Shown here: positions 10,106 to 20,066 of the stretch, one piece after another | Numbering within the stretch: the first letter of the stretch is position 1 | How the letters are laid out: every line of letters begins with the position of its first letter | Source of the DNA: an uncultured delta proteobacterium | GTDB lineage: Bacteria > Myxococcota_A > Polyangia > Fen-1088 | Reading direction: 5' to 3' | NCBI GenBank assembly: GCA_963737265.1 | Contig: CAVTRY010000014.1 | Coordinates: forward strand, 1 to 64,000 | DNA: 64,000 nt | Made by a program: the position numbers and the translations under genes | The notes under the pieces: model-generated | Databases searched by the model: none | What the model was told of the DNA's origin: nothing | Seen by the model: the letters and a program-made list of their open reading frames with translations, nothing else

Positions 10106-10888
10106 ATGACGCGCGTAGCATCGCTTTTGTTTTTTTGCCTTTTCACGGTCGCATCGATTGGCTCTGCTTTCGCGGACCAGCCTCTATCCAAAGAAGCCAG
10201 GGAGAAGGCGGCCAAGAAGGCTTGCGCGCTGGGGGACTTCCAAAAAGGCGTGGACATTCTTACCGATCTCCTGCTCGAAACTAACGACCCCAATTATATT
10301 TATAATTCTGCTCGTTGCTATCAGCAGTCGGCAAGATTCGAGCAAGCTATCAATCGTTTTCGTGAATTTCTCCGCAAGGCCAAGCATCTGTCGAAAAGCG
10401 ACCGCGCCGAAACGGAGCAGCAGCTTGCCGATTGCGAAGAGTCATTGGCGAAGGCCGCCCAAGTAGCGCCGCCGCCCGTCGCACCGGCGCCTCCCGTTCC
10501 CGCAACCCAGGCACCGCCCCCGGCACCTGAACCCGCGACTCCGATGGTGTCCAGCGAGCCGTCGCCTTCTCACGGTTCCCAGGGCAAGGGCCTGCGCGTC
10601 TCTGGAATCATTCTCGCCTCCGTTGGTGTCGCCGCTGCCGCCACTGGGGTCGGCTTGGCCCTGAAGGCCAACAGCCTTTCGACGAAGACCTACAGCCAAG
10701 ACCGGGAGAACGAGCGTTCGACACTCAAGACCTGGGTATGGGTCGGCTATGGCGTGGGCGCTGCCGCCATCGCCACAGGCGCGATTCTTTACATCGCTGG
10801 CTGGCCAAGCGACCAGTCGTCCAGCGTGGCTTTTCTACCCGTCGTGACACCCAACGAGGCGTCCGTGCTGCTGAGAGGGAGATTTTAA
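10106..10888 (+). CDS. Myxobacterial TPR protein with C-terminal hydrophobic/beta-strand region
   Basis: Signal peptide, TPR-like YNSARCYQQ...AINRFREFL, Pro-rich linker, terminal strand ending in F. Confidence 0.75.
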   Translation: MTRVASLLFFCLFTVASIGSAFADQPLSKEAREKAAKKACALGDFQKGVDILTDLLLETNDPNYIYNSARCYQQSARFEQAINRFREFLRKAKHLSKSDRAETEQQLADCEESLAKAAQVAPPPVAPAPPVPATQAPPPAPEPATPMVSSEPSPSHGSQGKGLRVSGIILASVGVAAAATGVGLALKANSLSTKTYSQDRENERSTLKTWVWVGYGVGAAAIATGAILYIAGWPSDQSSSVAFLPVVTPNEASVLLRGRF

Positions 10889-13434
10889 TGCGAACCTATC
10901 TTGTGACCATACCGAGGGTCTTCTGTGTCCTTTCATTCCTTTTCGGGGCCGCCCTCACCGGCTGCGTTTCAAGCGGCGCCAGGGCACCGGGTGCGAACGA
11001 GCCTTGCACGACAAGTGACAACTGCGCTCCGGGATACCAGTGTCTTGGTGCGACCACGGGGGCGAAGTTTTGCTGCAAGGACCCGAATAACTGCGGCCCC
11101 TCGGGATCCGGGGATGGCGGAGGTGCTGCCAAGGATGGAACGGTCAACACCGATGGACCGTCATCGAAGGGCGGTGCCCTTGATGTCGCAAGCGCCGGGG
11201 GCGCCGGCGGTAGTGCCATCGTTGATGGCGGATCCGGTGGCGCGGGAGGTGGAATCACAGGTGGCAACACCAGCGGTGGCGGAGCCGCCGGCGGACTTGC
11301 CAGCGGTGGCGTCGGCGGGGGCATCCCTGCTAGTGGCGGTATCGCCGGTGGTGTACCAGCGAGTGGCGGAGCGCCTAGCGGAGGCGTTGCAAGCGGTGGC
11401 ATTGCTGCCGGCGGAAGTACCGGCGGTCCCGATGCTGCTCCTGATGCCCCGTTGTCGCTTCCTGATGCACCTGCACTTCTGGCTTTGGGGAAGACGTGCA
11501 CCTTGGATATTGACTGCGCCCTTGGCAACTGCGTTGACGGCGTTTGCTGCAACAAGAGCAAGACCGCCTGCGGCGGGTGCAATGCCTGCACGAATGCGCT
11601 CACCGGTCTGGACGATGGCACCTGTGGCTTGGTCAGCGCCGGTAAGGATCCGCACAACGCCTGCACGGACGAGACCACGACGAGCCAATGTGGCAACGAC
11701 GGTACCTGCGATGGTAGCGGAGCCTGCCGCAAAGTAAGCAGCAGCCATATTTGTACCGCGGCGTCGTGTAGCAGTGATGGAAAGACTTTCACCCCTGCCA
11801 CTACTTGCGACGGCAAGGGTGCCTGCACGATTGCCACGCTGCAGCCGTGCGGAGCTTTCCAATGTGCAACCACAGGCTGCATGCAAACTTGTACCCTGCC
11901 CACCGATTGCGTCGGCAGTAACTACTGCGACACCGCTGTGACACCGGCCGTGTGTAAGGCGAAGAAAACCAATGGCGCAGCCGCGTCTCAGAAGGGCGAA
12001 TGCACGTCCAACATAGTTGCCGACGGCGTTTGCTGCGACAAAGACTGCTCCGGCTGCTCGGCCTGCACGCTGGCCCTGAACGGGCAAACCGGGGCGTCGG
12101 TAGCGGATGGTCAATGTCTTGCCGTCATCGCAGGCCAGGTCGGTCATGGCACATGCACTGCCAATCCACCCTGTGGGTTGGACGGAAAGTGCGATGGCAA
12201 CGGGGCCTGCCGGTACACAACCGCCGGCACATCTTGCGCGGCCGACTCGTGTTCCATCTCCACCCTGACGACCAAGGCATGCGATAGCACCCATGCCTGC
12301 TCGGTTTCGAAGAACGGCGCCTGCCCCGGCCTGCTGACCTGCGGCTCGGCAACCGCCTGCAAAACCAGTTGTACCGCCGAGTCCGATTGCACCTCTGGGA
12401 ACTACTGCGCGTCCGGAACCTGCACGCCAAAGCTAGGGAACGGCGCCACTTGCACTATCTCCAACCAGTGCCCGAGCGGGAACACCTGCGTCGAAGGTGT
12501 CTGCTGTAACACCGCCTGTGGTACCGCTTGCCATTCGTGTTTGGCCAGCAAGACCGGCGGCACCAACGGGACGTGCGCCGCGATGACCGATGCCACCACC
12601 TGCGGGAGCGGAAGCGGACAATATTGCAGCGCTGGGATCTGCATCAGCGGGTGCGCGATCGGCGGCACCGTCTACGCCACCGGCACCGTCAATTCCTGCC
12701 AGTCCTGCCAACCCACTGTGAACGCCACCCAATGGACGCCATTAGGCAATGGCACGAGCTGCGGCACTGGCAAGGTTTGCAGCGGTGGCAACTGTCAGAC
12801 CGGGTGCTGGATCGGTGGGAACTTCATGCTCAGTGGTACGACATACCCCACAAACACATGCCAAGTCTGCAACCCCGCGAAGTCCACTTCTGGCTGGTCA
12901 AACAACGACGGAGCGAGTGTTAGTTGCGGTACTTGTGGAGGGACCGCGGCCTGCGCCAATCAAGCACCTGGCGCATGTAGCAAGAATCTAGTGACTTACT
13001 ATCTCGACTTTGATGGCGACGGCTATGGAGACTCCTCACACAGCATAGTGGCGTGTTCGCCACCATCCGGCTATGTGCTTCAAGGTGGCGATCTCTGCGA
13101 CAGCAACCCTGGCGACCCTAACGCCCACCCCGGTCAGACCGCGTACTTCTACACCCCCGACGCATGCGGCAGCTTCGACTACAACTGCGACGGGACCGCG
13201 TTCCCGCAATCAAACGGCCCGGCCCTGGGTACTTGTGGCGCGCCGAACTGCCAGATCGTGAATGGGGATTGCGTAGACGTGGGCGGTTGCACCTGCGCCG
13301 GAAGTTGCAGAACCTACGGCACCGCCGCATGCGGCAAACTCTATGAAACCGATTCGGCCATTTGCGAGTTCGTCACAGCCACGTATTGCACGGCGGTACC
13401 CGCAGATGGCATGGGAACGCAAGCGTGCAACTGA
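10888..13434 (+). CDS. Large Cys-rich repeat lipoprotein with Gly linker and DxDGDGYG (MopE-related) motif
   Basis: ATG overlaps the upstream TAA; lipobox LTGC; repeated C(V/A)(D/E)GVCC...CxAC units; YLDFDGDGYG. Confidence 0.8.
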   Translation: MRTYLVTIPRVFCVLSFLFGAALTGCVSSGARAPGANEPCTTSDNCAPGYQCLGATTGAKFCCKDPNNCGPSGSGDGGGAAKDGTVNTDGPSSKGGALDVASAGGAGGSAIVDGGSGGAGGGITGGNTSGGGAAGGLASGGVGGGIPASGGIAGGVPASGGAPSGGVASGGIAAGGSTGGPDAAPDAPLSLPDAPALLALGKTCTLDIDCALGNCVDGVCCNKSKTACGGCNACTNALTGLDDGTCGLVSAGKDPHNACTDETTTSQCGNDGTCDGSGACRKVSSSHICTAASCSSDGKTFTPATTCDGKGACTIATLQPCGAFQCATTGCMQTCTLPTDCVGSNYCDTAVTPAVCKAKKTNGAAASQKGECTSNIVADGVCCDKDCSGCSACTLALNGQTGASVADGQCLAVIAGQVGHGTCTANPPCGLDGKCDGNGACRYTTAGTSCAADSCSISTLTTKACDSTHACSVSKNGACPGLLTCGSATACKTSCTAESDCTSGNYCASGTCTPKLGNGATCTISNQCPSGNTCVEGVCCNTACGTACHSCLASKTGGTNGTCAAMTDATTCGSGSGQYCSAGICISGCAIGGTVYATGTVNSCQSCQPTVNATQWTPLGNGTSCGTGKVCSGGNCQTGCWIGGNFMLSGTTYPTNTCQVCNPAKSTSGWSNNDGASVSCGTCGGTAACANQAPGACSKNLVTYYLDFDGDGYGDSSHSIVACSPPSGYVLQGGDLCDSNPGDPNAHPGQTAYFYTPDACGSFDYNCDGTAFPQSNGPALGTCGAPNCQIVNGDCVDVGGCTCAGSCRTYGTAACGKLYETDSAICEFVTATYCTAVPADGMGTQACN

Positions 13435-13888
13435 CCCGCTTGACGATCCCAGGGCCAACGCATCTAAATTGTAAGTGATCTTGCGGAGATGCCGATAGTT
13501 ATGCCGGTCTCCGCGCCCGTGCGCGCTGCCGAACCTGCCTGCACACCGGCGCGCGCACCGACCCCAGGGGAAAACCTTCCAGAAATGGCCGAGACTCTGA
13601 TGGATCCTGCGTCGATGTAGGATGATGCGATGGCCCTGTTGACGATCCCCGTCCGAAATACGCCTGACCTAGATACGTGCCCTTGGCACTGCTGCACGCC
13701 AATCGTACGTGGGCGTCAGCTTGGCGATGCGAAAATTCCAGGTCTTGATGGTCGCGGGGTTGGCGATGAAGTGAATCGAGGCTTGCCTCCATCGAGGCCG
13801 GCGGGCACATCGACCAAGGTCGCGCCAACGCCACGCCGCAGCCCGGCCGCGGCCGGCGCGCCGACCTGGCGGGCGTGGCCGTCACCTG

Positions 13889-14935
13889 CTACTTGATCGC
13901 GGTGACCCCGCTGATGCAGAAGTCCCAGGGCACGGGAGCCGTAGTCGTGCTGGGAATCTGGAGCTGCAGCAACATAATCAGCGTTGGCTCCCATGCCTTC
14001 TTTTGCTCCCAGCTTTGCTGAGTGAGCATGTCCCAGGTAACGGAGTACGTACCGGCGGCACTGATCGGATATACCCAGGGGTAGTCACCACTGTTTTTGG
14101 TCGGAAACGCAAGTCGAAACGACGGAATCGTGTTGCCGGATATCTGGAAACAGAACCCCTTCACGCCGTTGGCCGTGGAATCCCACGGCTGCTGCCCGGC
14201 GGCGTCGTTTAGTTCCAACGCGATGCCCGCGCCCCATCCCGCCGTCGAGGTCTGGCCCGAGGTGCACATCTTGCCACCAGTGTTGGGAAAACTGCCATTG
14301 GGTGGGGTGGTGACGGTCGAGCAGTTCTTTCCGCCCAAGTCGACGCAGTCGCTATATTCAAACCAGGATCCATTGATCCCGATGGTGTTGGTCGTCTTCG
14401 CGACATAGCCCTTGGCGTCTGGGGTGAGCACTATGCCTGAGCAAGCCCCGGCTACGGCGCCGCCCGCACCTGTTTCGCCACCTGCGTTCGTGGCGCCGCC
14501 CGCGCCTGTCGTCGCGCCGCCCGTGCCCGTCACGCTACCGCCCGCGCTCGTGGCGCCGCCTGTGCCGGTCGTCGCGCCACCCGTGCCCGTTACGCTACCA
14601 CCCGCGCTCGTGGCGCCGCCCGTCCCCGTCGCGCTTCCACCCGCGCTCGTGGCGCCGCCCGCAATCATCGTTCCACCCGCGCTTGTTGCGCCCCCCGCGC
14701 CGGTCGCGCCCCCCGCGCTCGTCGTGCCGCCCACGTTCGTTGTGCCGCCCGTGCCTGACGTACCACCCGCGCTGGTGGAGCCGCCCGTCGCGCCGCCGCC
14801 GGTGTTCGCAGAGGAAGCACAGCCAAGTTGCATCTGGGCCGTGGTTGCGAACATCAGCAGCAAGGCGAGTCCGGACATGGACACCTTGCTACCCAAAGAG
14901 TTGCCACTGAGTCTGGTCTTTACAACGTCGAACAT
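13889..14935 (-). CDS. Secreted lipoprotein with Gly/Thr repeat linker and putative carbohydrate-binding beta-sandwich domain
   Basis: LGC lipobox, GGATSAGG repeats, Trp-rich C-domain (GWGAGIALELN...WDFCISGV); start uncertain. Confidence 0.65.
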   Translation of the reverse strand: MFDVVKTRLSGNSLGSKVSMSGLALLLMFATTAQMQLGCASSANTGGGATGGSTSAGGTSGTGGTTNVGGTTSAGGATGAGGATSAGGTMIAGGATSAGGSATGTGGATSAGGSVTGTGGATTGTGGATSAGGSVTGTGGATTGAGGATNAGGETGAGGAVAGACSGIVLTPDAKGYVAKTTNTIGINGSWFEYSDCVDLGGKNCSTVTTPPNGSFPNTGGKMCTSGQTSTAGWGAGIALELNDAAGQQPWDSTANGVKGFCFQISGNTIPSFRLAFPTKNSGDYPWVYPISAAGTYSVTWDMLTQQSWEQKKAWEPTLIMLLQLQIPSTTTAPVPWDFCISGVTAIK

Positions 14936-14999
14936 CTGAACGTACTCCTGCTTCCTTAGCCTGCGTTGGAGGAGCAACTCGCGCATGCGACGGAAGCTG

Positions 15000-15197
15000 T
15001 CAAGGGGTTGGTGTCGCGATAATCGCTCGGTCCCAGGCTATTCTGTCAAGAGAATCCGTCCCCTCGCCGGCCAGTTGGCATTTCTTCAGCTTGTCATGCA
15101 GGGTTGCGCCTCGAAGGCCCGCGTAGACGCACGCTTCCCCGCGGCTGCCGCAACGCGCCTTCAAGATCTCGACCAGCAGCCCACGCTCGTGGGGCAT
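15000..15197 (-). pseudogene. Remnant Fis-type HTH (sigma54-activator C-terminus)
   Basis: ERGLLVEILKARCGSRGEACVYAGLRGATLHDKLKK resembles HTH_8; no AAA+ domain upstream. Confidence 0.45.
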
Positions 15198-15280
15198 TCA
15201 CGGATCGTTGGGCGAGCACGAAGGGGAAGCCAACACCCAGGGACAGTCGACGCGAAGACGATGGCCCAATTCGATCGAAA

Positions 15281-15532
15281 TCACGCGATGTGCCCAGCAG
15301 CGGCGCGATTCGTCCCAAACCGAGATCTCACTCTTGCCAGGGTTGACGTCTCCGCTCCCGATTGCTCGTCGATCAGCGGTTCCACGACGAGCGGAAGCTG
15401 TTCACCCAGCGCACGGCAACTACCTCCATCGATCCGATAGGTCCGCTTGGCCAACACAGAGAGAATCCATCGCCCTTCAGAGTCGCGTCCGGAGACTTGC
15501 CGAGCCGTCCCGCCGAGAGTCGGATCGCTCAT
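15281..15532 (-). pseudogene. Truncated DUF2169-like T6SS accessory/adaptor gene (N-terminus only)
   Basis: GRDSEGRWILSVLAKRTYRI...EQLPL matches the DUF2169 start; homology is lost after ~60 aa; ATGA-coupled to the upstream gene. Confidence 0.55.
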
Positions 15533-16064
15533 GGCTCGGAATCCGTTCCTGTGTCGAAATCTGGGGAGGTCTGCGGCGGCCCGGCACCTGCATCGGCCGG
15601 ATCGACAGTTGAAGAATCGCCCTCTGGCACGCCGCCACTCGGATTGTCGTTGGCATCTCCCGGTGGAATTCCGCCGTCAGTCGGTTCGGCAGCCGGTGTG
15701 GCTTGGTTCGCGTCCTCGACGCTCGGGCTGTTGAGGTATTTGTCGAATGCCTGACCGAATTGGTCCCCGCTCGCGTATTCGGTCAGCACCGGGTTGGTAG
15801 TGTCATAGACGCCTGGCAAGCCGAAGTTCGCACTGGTCGTTCCCAGCGGAGTGCCTATGAACTGTCCCACGGCAGTTGCGACGATCTTGTCGGAGGCCTG
15901 CGCGAATCTTTCCAGAACAGCACCCGCTTCCGCCCCCAGTAGTCGTTCGAGCGGACCGACCGCCATCAGGGCACCGATGCCCAGATCGCGCGCGATACCG
16001 CCGTTATCGCCAGGGCGGTGGAAACGGCACACAACGCGAGACCGCGCTTTTGGCGCATGGTCAT
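15529..16064 (-). CDS. Secreted hypothetical protein (frameshift or deletion near 15990)
   Basis: ATG at 16064 overlaps the previous stop and encodes signal peptide MTMRQKRGLALCAVSTALAITAVSRA, then shifts into ORF 15529..16032. Confidence 0.5.
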
Positions 16065-17005
16065 GGCTTGGTCGGGCTTTGCGTTGGAGTTGTCGGCGCC
16101 TTGGCGGCAGGTTCTGGCAGGCCCCAGCTAGCGAGAGATCCGCGTCCTGTGCACCAATCCCATTCCTCGCGCACGTGGTGGTCCACGGGGTCTTTGCCGT
16201 CCATCACGAAGCGTTGGCCGTCCCAACGGAAGGTGACCGTCGGGCCGCCTTTCTGCGCGCGCTGGATGTCGAAGAAACCCTTGGTTTGGCTCGAGAGCAT
16301 GCGAAAGACGGCGCCTTCTCCCTTCGGCGGGAATGCCTTCGTATAGCTGAAGGAACAATCAGGGTCGTCTTCGAGCTGGTTCGTCGCCTCCTCGGTGCCC
16401 TGCATGGCCAGATCGACTTGATCGAGCTGCTCGTAGAAGGCGTCGGTCGTCAGGATGCGCACGACGTCCTTGCCGACGACCCGGAAGAGGTGCAGGACTT
16501 GGTCGGCGTAGCACCAGTGCTTACCCGCCTTGTAGTGCACGATGCGAAGGCCAAACGCGGCTTCGGTGTCGGAGATTCGGTACGGAGCGGTGTCGACCCA
16601 ATAGGGTTTCTCCGTCGCATTAGCATCCGAGCCCTCGGAGAAAAGCTCGGCGCTTCGGGCAATCAGTTTGCGGTTCGAGTCCAAGACACCCACGATGAAG
16701 CTAGCGGGTCCATGCCAGCAGCTCATCACGAATGGCATTTGGAGCGCTACAACCTCAGCAGCCGGTCCTTGGCATTTCCACGTTCTCTCGTTTCCAAAGC
16801 CGACCCCCGCGATGCCATCCTGGTGTGCTGCCTGCGATCTCCAAGGAGCAAGATCCTCCGGCGACAAGACCCACTGTTTCGGTTTGGGGCCGGGAAACAA
16901 CCCTTGGACGGACGTCCAGCTTACATGGTCGGCAGCTGCGGCCAAGGAGGCCCCAGACAGTGCCAAAACTATTCCCGCTATCGAGCTGAATCGTCGGAGT
17001 TCCAT
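16061..17005 (-). CDS. Signal-peptide hypothetical protein; candidate periplasmic immunity protein
   Basis: MELRRFSSIAGIVLALSGASLAAAA signal; overlaps the 3' end of the lysozyme-like gene. Confidence 0.6.
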   Translation of the reverse strand: MELRRFSSIAGIVLALSGASLAAAADHVSWTSVQGLFPGPKPKQWVLSPEDLAPWRSQAAHQDGIAGVGFGNERTWKCQGPAAEVVALQMPFVMSCWHGPASFIVGVLDSNRKLIARSAELFSEGSDANATEKPYWVDTAPYRISDTEAAFGLRIVHYKAGKHWCYADQVLHLFRVVGKDVVRILTTDAFYEQLDQVDLAMQGTEEATNQLEDDPDCSFSYTKAFPPKGEGAVFRMLSSQTKGFFDIQRAQKGGPTVTFRWDGQRFVMDGKDPVDHHVREEWDWCTGRGSLASWGLPEPAAKAPTTPTQSPTKP

Positions 17006-19237
17006 AGTCGGACCCAAGTGTCGCCAGCGATCCTAGCGACGTTTTCGTCATTCACGACATCATGAGAGTCGGGAGGCGCAGCGTACTTTACTCCGGTTCC
17101 CAGCACATTGTTCGCGTATGCACGGCTATCGGCGTTCAGCGGCGCTTTCCGAGGCGGCTTGCCTTTTTCCTTTACCCAAAGCCACGGACGCATGATCCAC
17201 TGGCCGTCTTCGTACACGAATTCGCGGCCACTGTTGTATGCGCGCACCGTTTCGCGGAGGAAGATGGCCTTGTCGAGGCTATTGGTTGGACTTAGGGGAT
17301 GCAAACTCGTCAGATAGTCGTAGGCCCCCTTGCCATATTGCGTGGCGATCAGCTCCTCGATGCCGAGGCGGATGTGCTCGTAGAAATTCCACATGTCCTG
17401 AAGTGAACGTGGCGGGTCGTGCTGACCAATGCCATACCCGGCGGGCGCCCCGAACTTGGGCATGCCCGATTGAATGCCGTAACACCGAAATGGCGCCGTT
17501 CTTCGGTAGAGAGATCGTTCTGGTCGGGGGCTGAAGTGTTCCCCTGCCGACTCGTGAAGCATCAACCGACCGACGAGATGCTTCCATACCGGCGCAGACA
17601 GCATTTGCACCGGGCCATCGTTTGGATGGGCAGCCATGACGTCCTGGATGGCGGCATCGATCAGACTGTCGACAGCAACAGCATCCCCTTTGGCCGGGTT
17701 GTCGCCCTTGACCCGAAACGTCGGCAACGCCAGCAACGGTCCCGCGACCGTCTCCGACGGCGGCGACGGATTGGCGCTGGGGCGTACGACTGGCTTGCCG
17801 GCGAAGCTGATTTGCGCGACCTCCAGCCTTCCGTCGCCACCCAACATGATTTCCGTTAGGCCCTTCTGCTTCGCATCGACGATTGGCGGCTGCCATTCCA
17901 GAACCAAAGTCGGTACTACCGGCCCGTCCGTTGTCCATCCCCAACTCCGCAAGCGCTGGTCCAACCACAAGGTCGGAATTCTTCGACCGGACACCGGGTA
18001 GGGCGCCGCCGCATAGGGTGGATCGATCTCGACCGTGCTCGTCCCGTCCTTGGACACCTTCAGGTTTCCATCATCCTCGATATCGACCGTTCCCAGCACC
18101 ATGGCACTTGGATCGTACTTCACGGTTGGCGCCGGTGCCGAGGACGCGTTCCCAACACCTTGCTGCGCGGACTTCTTGCCACGAAAAGCGCCCTTGAAGG
18201 TCATTGAGATGTTCGAACGCGGATTGCGTGCTCCTCCGCCCTTTCGCGGTGGCCCTGGCAGGTCGTCGTCCGGCCCGCGCCAAGAAAGCGTGAGGGCGAA
18301 GCTGGCTTGAATGGCCAGCGCGCGCTTGTCGATACCGAGCTCCGCTTGGCGCATCTGAATAAATGCTTGGCCTTCGCCTCGCTTGAAGCCCACGAGCTGA
18401 AGCTCGGCCATCCACAGCGGCATCTCTGGCCGCAGCTCTTCTGGCCCGCTGGCATCTTTTGCATTCGGTCGCTTGCGGTCTGCCCGGATGGGAAAGCACA
18501 CCATGCGCCGTGCGCGGGCGTGCGGACTCAGCGCGGCCTGGGCCGCGCTTTGAGCTGCGTTGATTTGCGCCTGAATAGCTGGATTCGTGCTCTTCTTGGG
18601 AAGCTTGGCCGTCGGCAGCGGCCCCTTCACCGCCGTGGTCGTAAAGTCGATGACATTCATCTCGTCGCCCGGACCCATCGGCGGCCCCGGCACATCGCCC
18701 TTGTCCGATTGCAGGCGATCATCGCAAAGACCGAGCTGCACGCCCAGCAACATCGCGGTCACATTTCCCCAGCCTTCCGGCTGGCCTTGTTTGGTCACGG
18801 CCACGAGCTGAACCAGTCCAAAGAACCGTTTCGGATCGTCGACGAATAGGCGCGTTGCGAACGTGCTCTTGCCATCAGCGCCCTTCACGTCAACGGTGAC
18901 AACGTCGACAGCCGGTGCGTTTGTTTCCGACGTCAACCGGAACTTCAGTTGCTCGCCCGTGGCGTCGAGCAGGTAAAGGTCGACTTGTCCGGCTCCGTTC
19001 TTCACCGTGCCGTGAACGCCGACCCCAAGAATCCTTCGGTCGCTTCTGCGCGCTGGCCGGCGTGGCCTCGTGCCCATCCCTGACGGCGAGGTGGTCGCCA
19101 TTCCACAGGCTTGCACCTTGGGGCAGCCCGCAGGTCGCATAATCATCGACGAAAGGCTCGGCGAGCATGGGCCATAGCTCCAGGGCCGCAGGCTCTTCGA
19201 AGCTGACGGGCAGGGGCGGAAGCTCGACCTTGTGCAT
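16978..19237 (-). CDS. Large effector-like protein with C-terminal lysozyme-like (SLT/GH23-fold) domain; frameshift ~19033
   Basis: LMLHES, GAPAGYGIGQ, RAYNSG, YANNV motifs in order; MHKVELPP start joins the main ORF if one extra G is removed. Confidence 0.65.
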
Positions 19238-19273
19238 GGGTCTAGCGGCAATGCCGTTCGCTTGGCGGGCATG

Positions 19274-19357
19274 AACAGGAGGAACGGAGCAAGCGGAGCC
19301 GGAAATCAAGGGGATTTGTCTTCCGCTCCGCCTCCGGTCCCTCCGTTCCTCCCTGTT
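19274..19357. repeat. Imperfect inverted repeat (REP-like stem-loop)
   Basis: AACAGGAGGAACGGAG...CTCCGTTCCTCCCTGTT arms with internal GCGGAG/CTCCGC. Confidence 0.65.
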
Positions 19358-19384
19358 TTTCTTCCTAACCGAACGGCATTGGGT

Positions 19385-20065
19385 CTAGCGGGGCCTCGCA
19401 AGGATCGTCGAGAGAAGGTCTTTCAGCGATGCCCGGCGGGTCTCCGAACGAACGTTCTCGTCGATCAGTTTGGCGAGAACCGCCTCAGAAGACTTGGTGT
19501 AGCCCGCGTAAACGTGCTTGTCGAACGCATCGGTGCACGTGCGCGCGGCCTTATGCAAGCCCAATTGGAATTCATAGAGCCTAGCCTTGGCTTGATTGGC
19601 GGCGATTCCCTTTTCGTACTGCGCCTTCACTGTCGGGTCGGCGATGCCGTTCGGATCAACGCCCGCAGGAAGCCCAGTCTCGGGTGGTGGAGCAATATTG
19701 ATGGCTGGAAGGTCTTCAAAATTGAAGTCCGGCTTGATCTTCGCGTCGATGTGGTTGAACACTGCGAGCAACAATAGCAGCTTCTCAGTGTGAGCCGCTT
19801 GGCCGTGAGTTTGCTCTTCCTGGTGCCCTTGACCGAGATTCTCGATTAGAGCAAGCGCCTTTCGCAGGTCCCGAATGTCGCCAGCCTGGTCGAATCTTCG
19901 GAGCAACTGGGTCAATTCACCTTCTCTGATATTCATGGTGGTACCCTTCGGCTTTCTTTGGCTTCCAGGGGTTGCACAAAATGCATCCCGGGAGGGAGAC
20001 ACTACAACTGTGAACAGGACGGGAATGAGCGCTGCCACAGGTCGTATGAAATGCAGTTGCGCCAT
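19385..20065 (-). CDS. Signal-peptide hypothetical protein; candidate immunity protein
   Basis: ATG 1 nt after the upstream TGA; hydrophobic leader; helical body with GVDPNGIADPTVKAQYEKGIAAN. Confidence 0.6.
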   Translation of the reverse strand: MAQLHFIRPVAALIPVLFTVVVSPSRDAFCATPGSQRKPKGTTMNIREGELTQLLRRFDQAGDIRDLRKALALIENLGQGHQEEQTHGQAAHTEKLLLLLAVFNHIDAKIKPDFNFEDLPAINIAPPPETGLPAGVDPNGIADPTVKAQYEKGIAANQAKARLYEFQLGLHKAARTCTDAFDKHVYAGYTKSSEAVLAKLIDENVRSETRRASLKDLLSTILARPR

Positions 20066-20066
20066 T

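Noticed and set aside
14450-14800. Tandem GGCGC-rich repeats here and at ~11200, ~26950 and ~40480
   Set aside because: Ordinary Gly/Ser/Thr linkers of myxobacterial lipoproteins.
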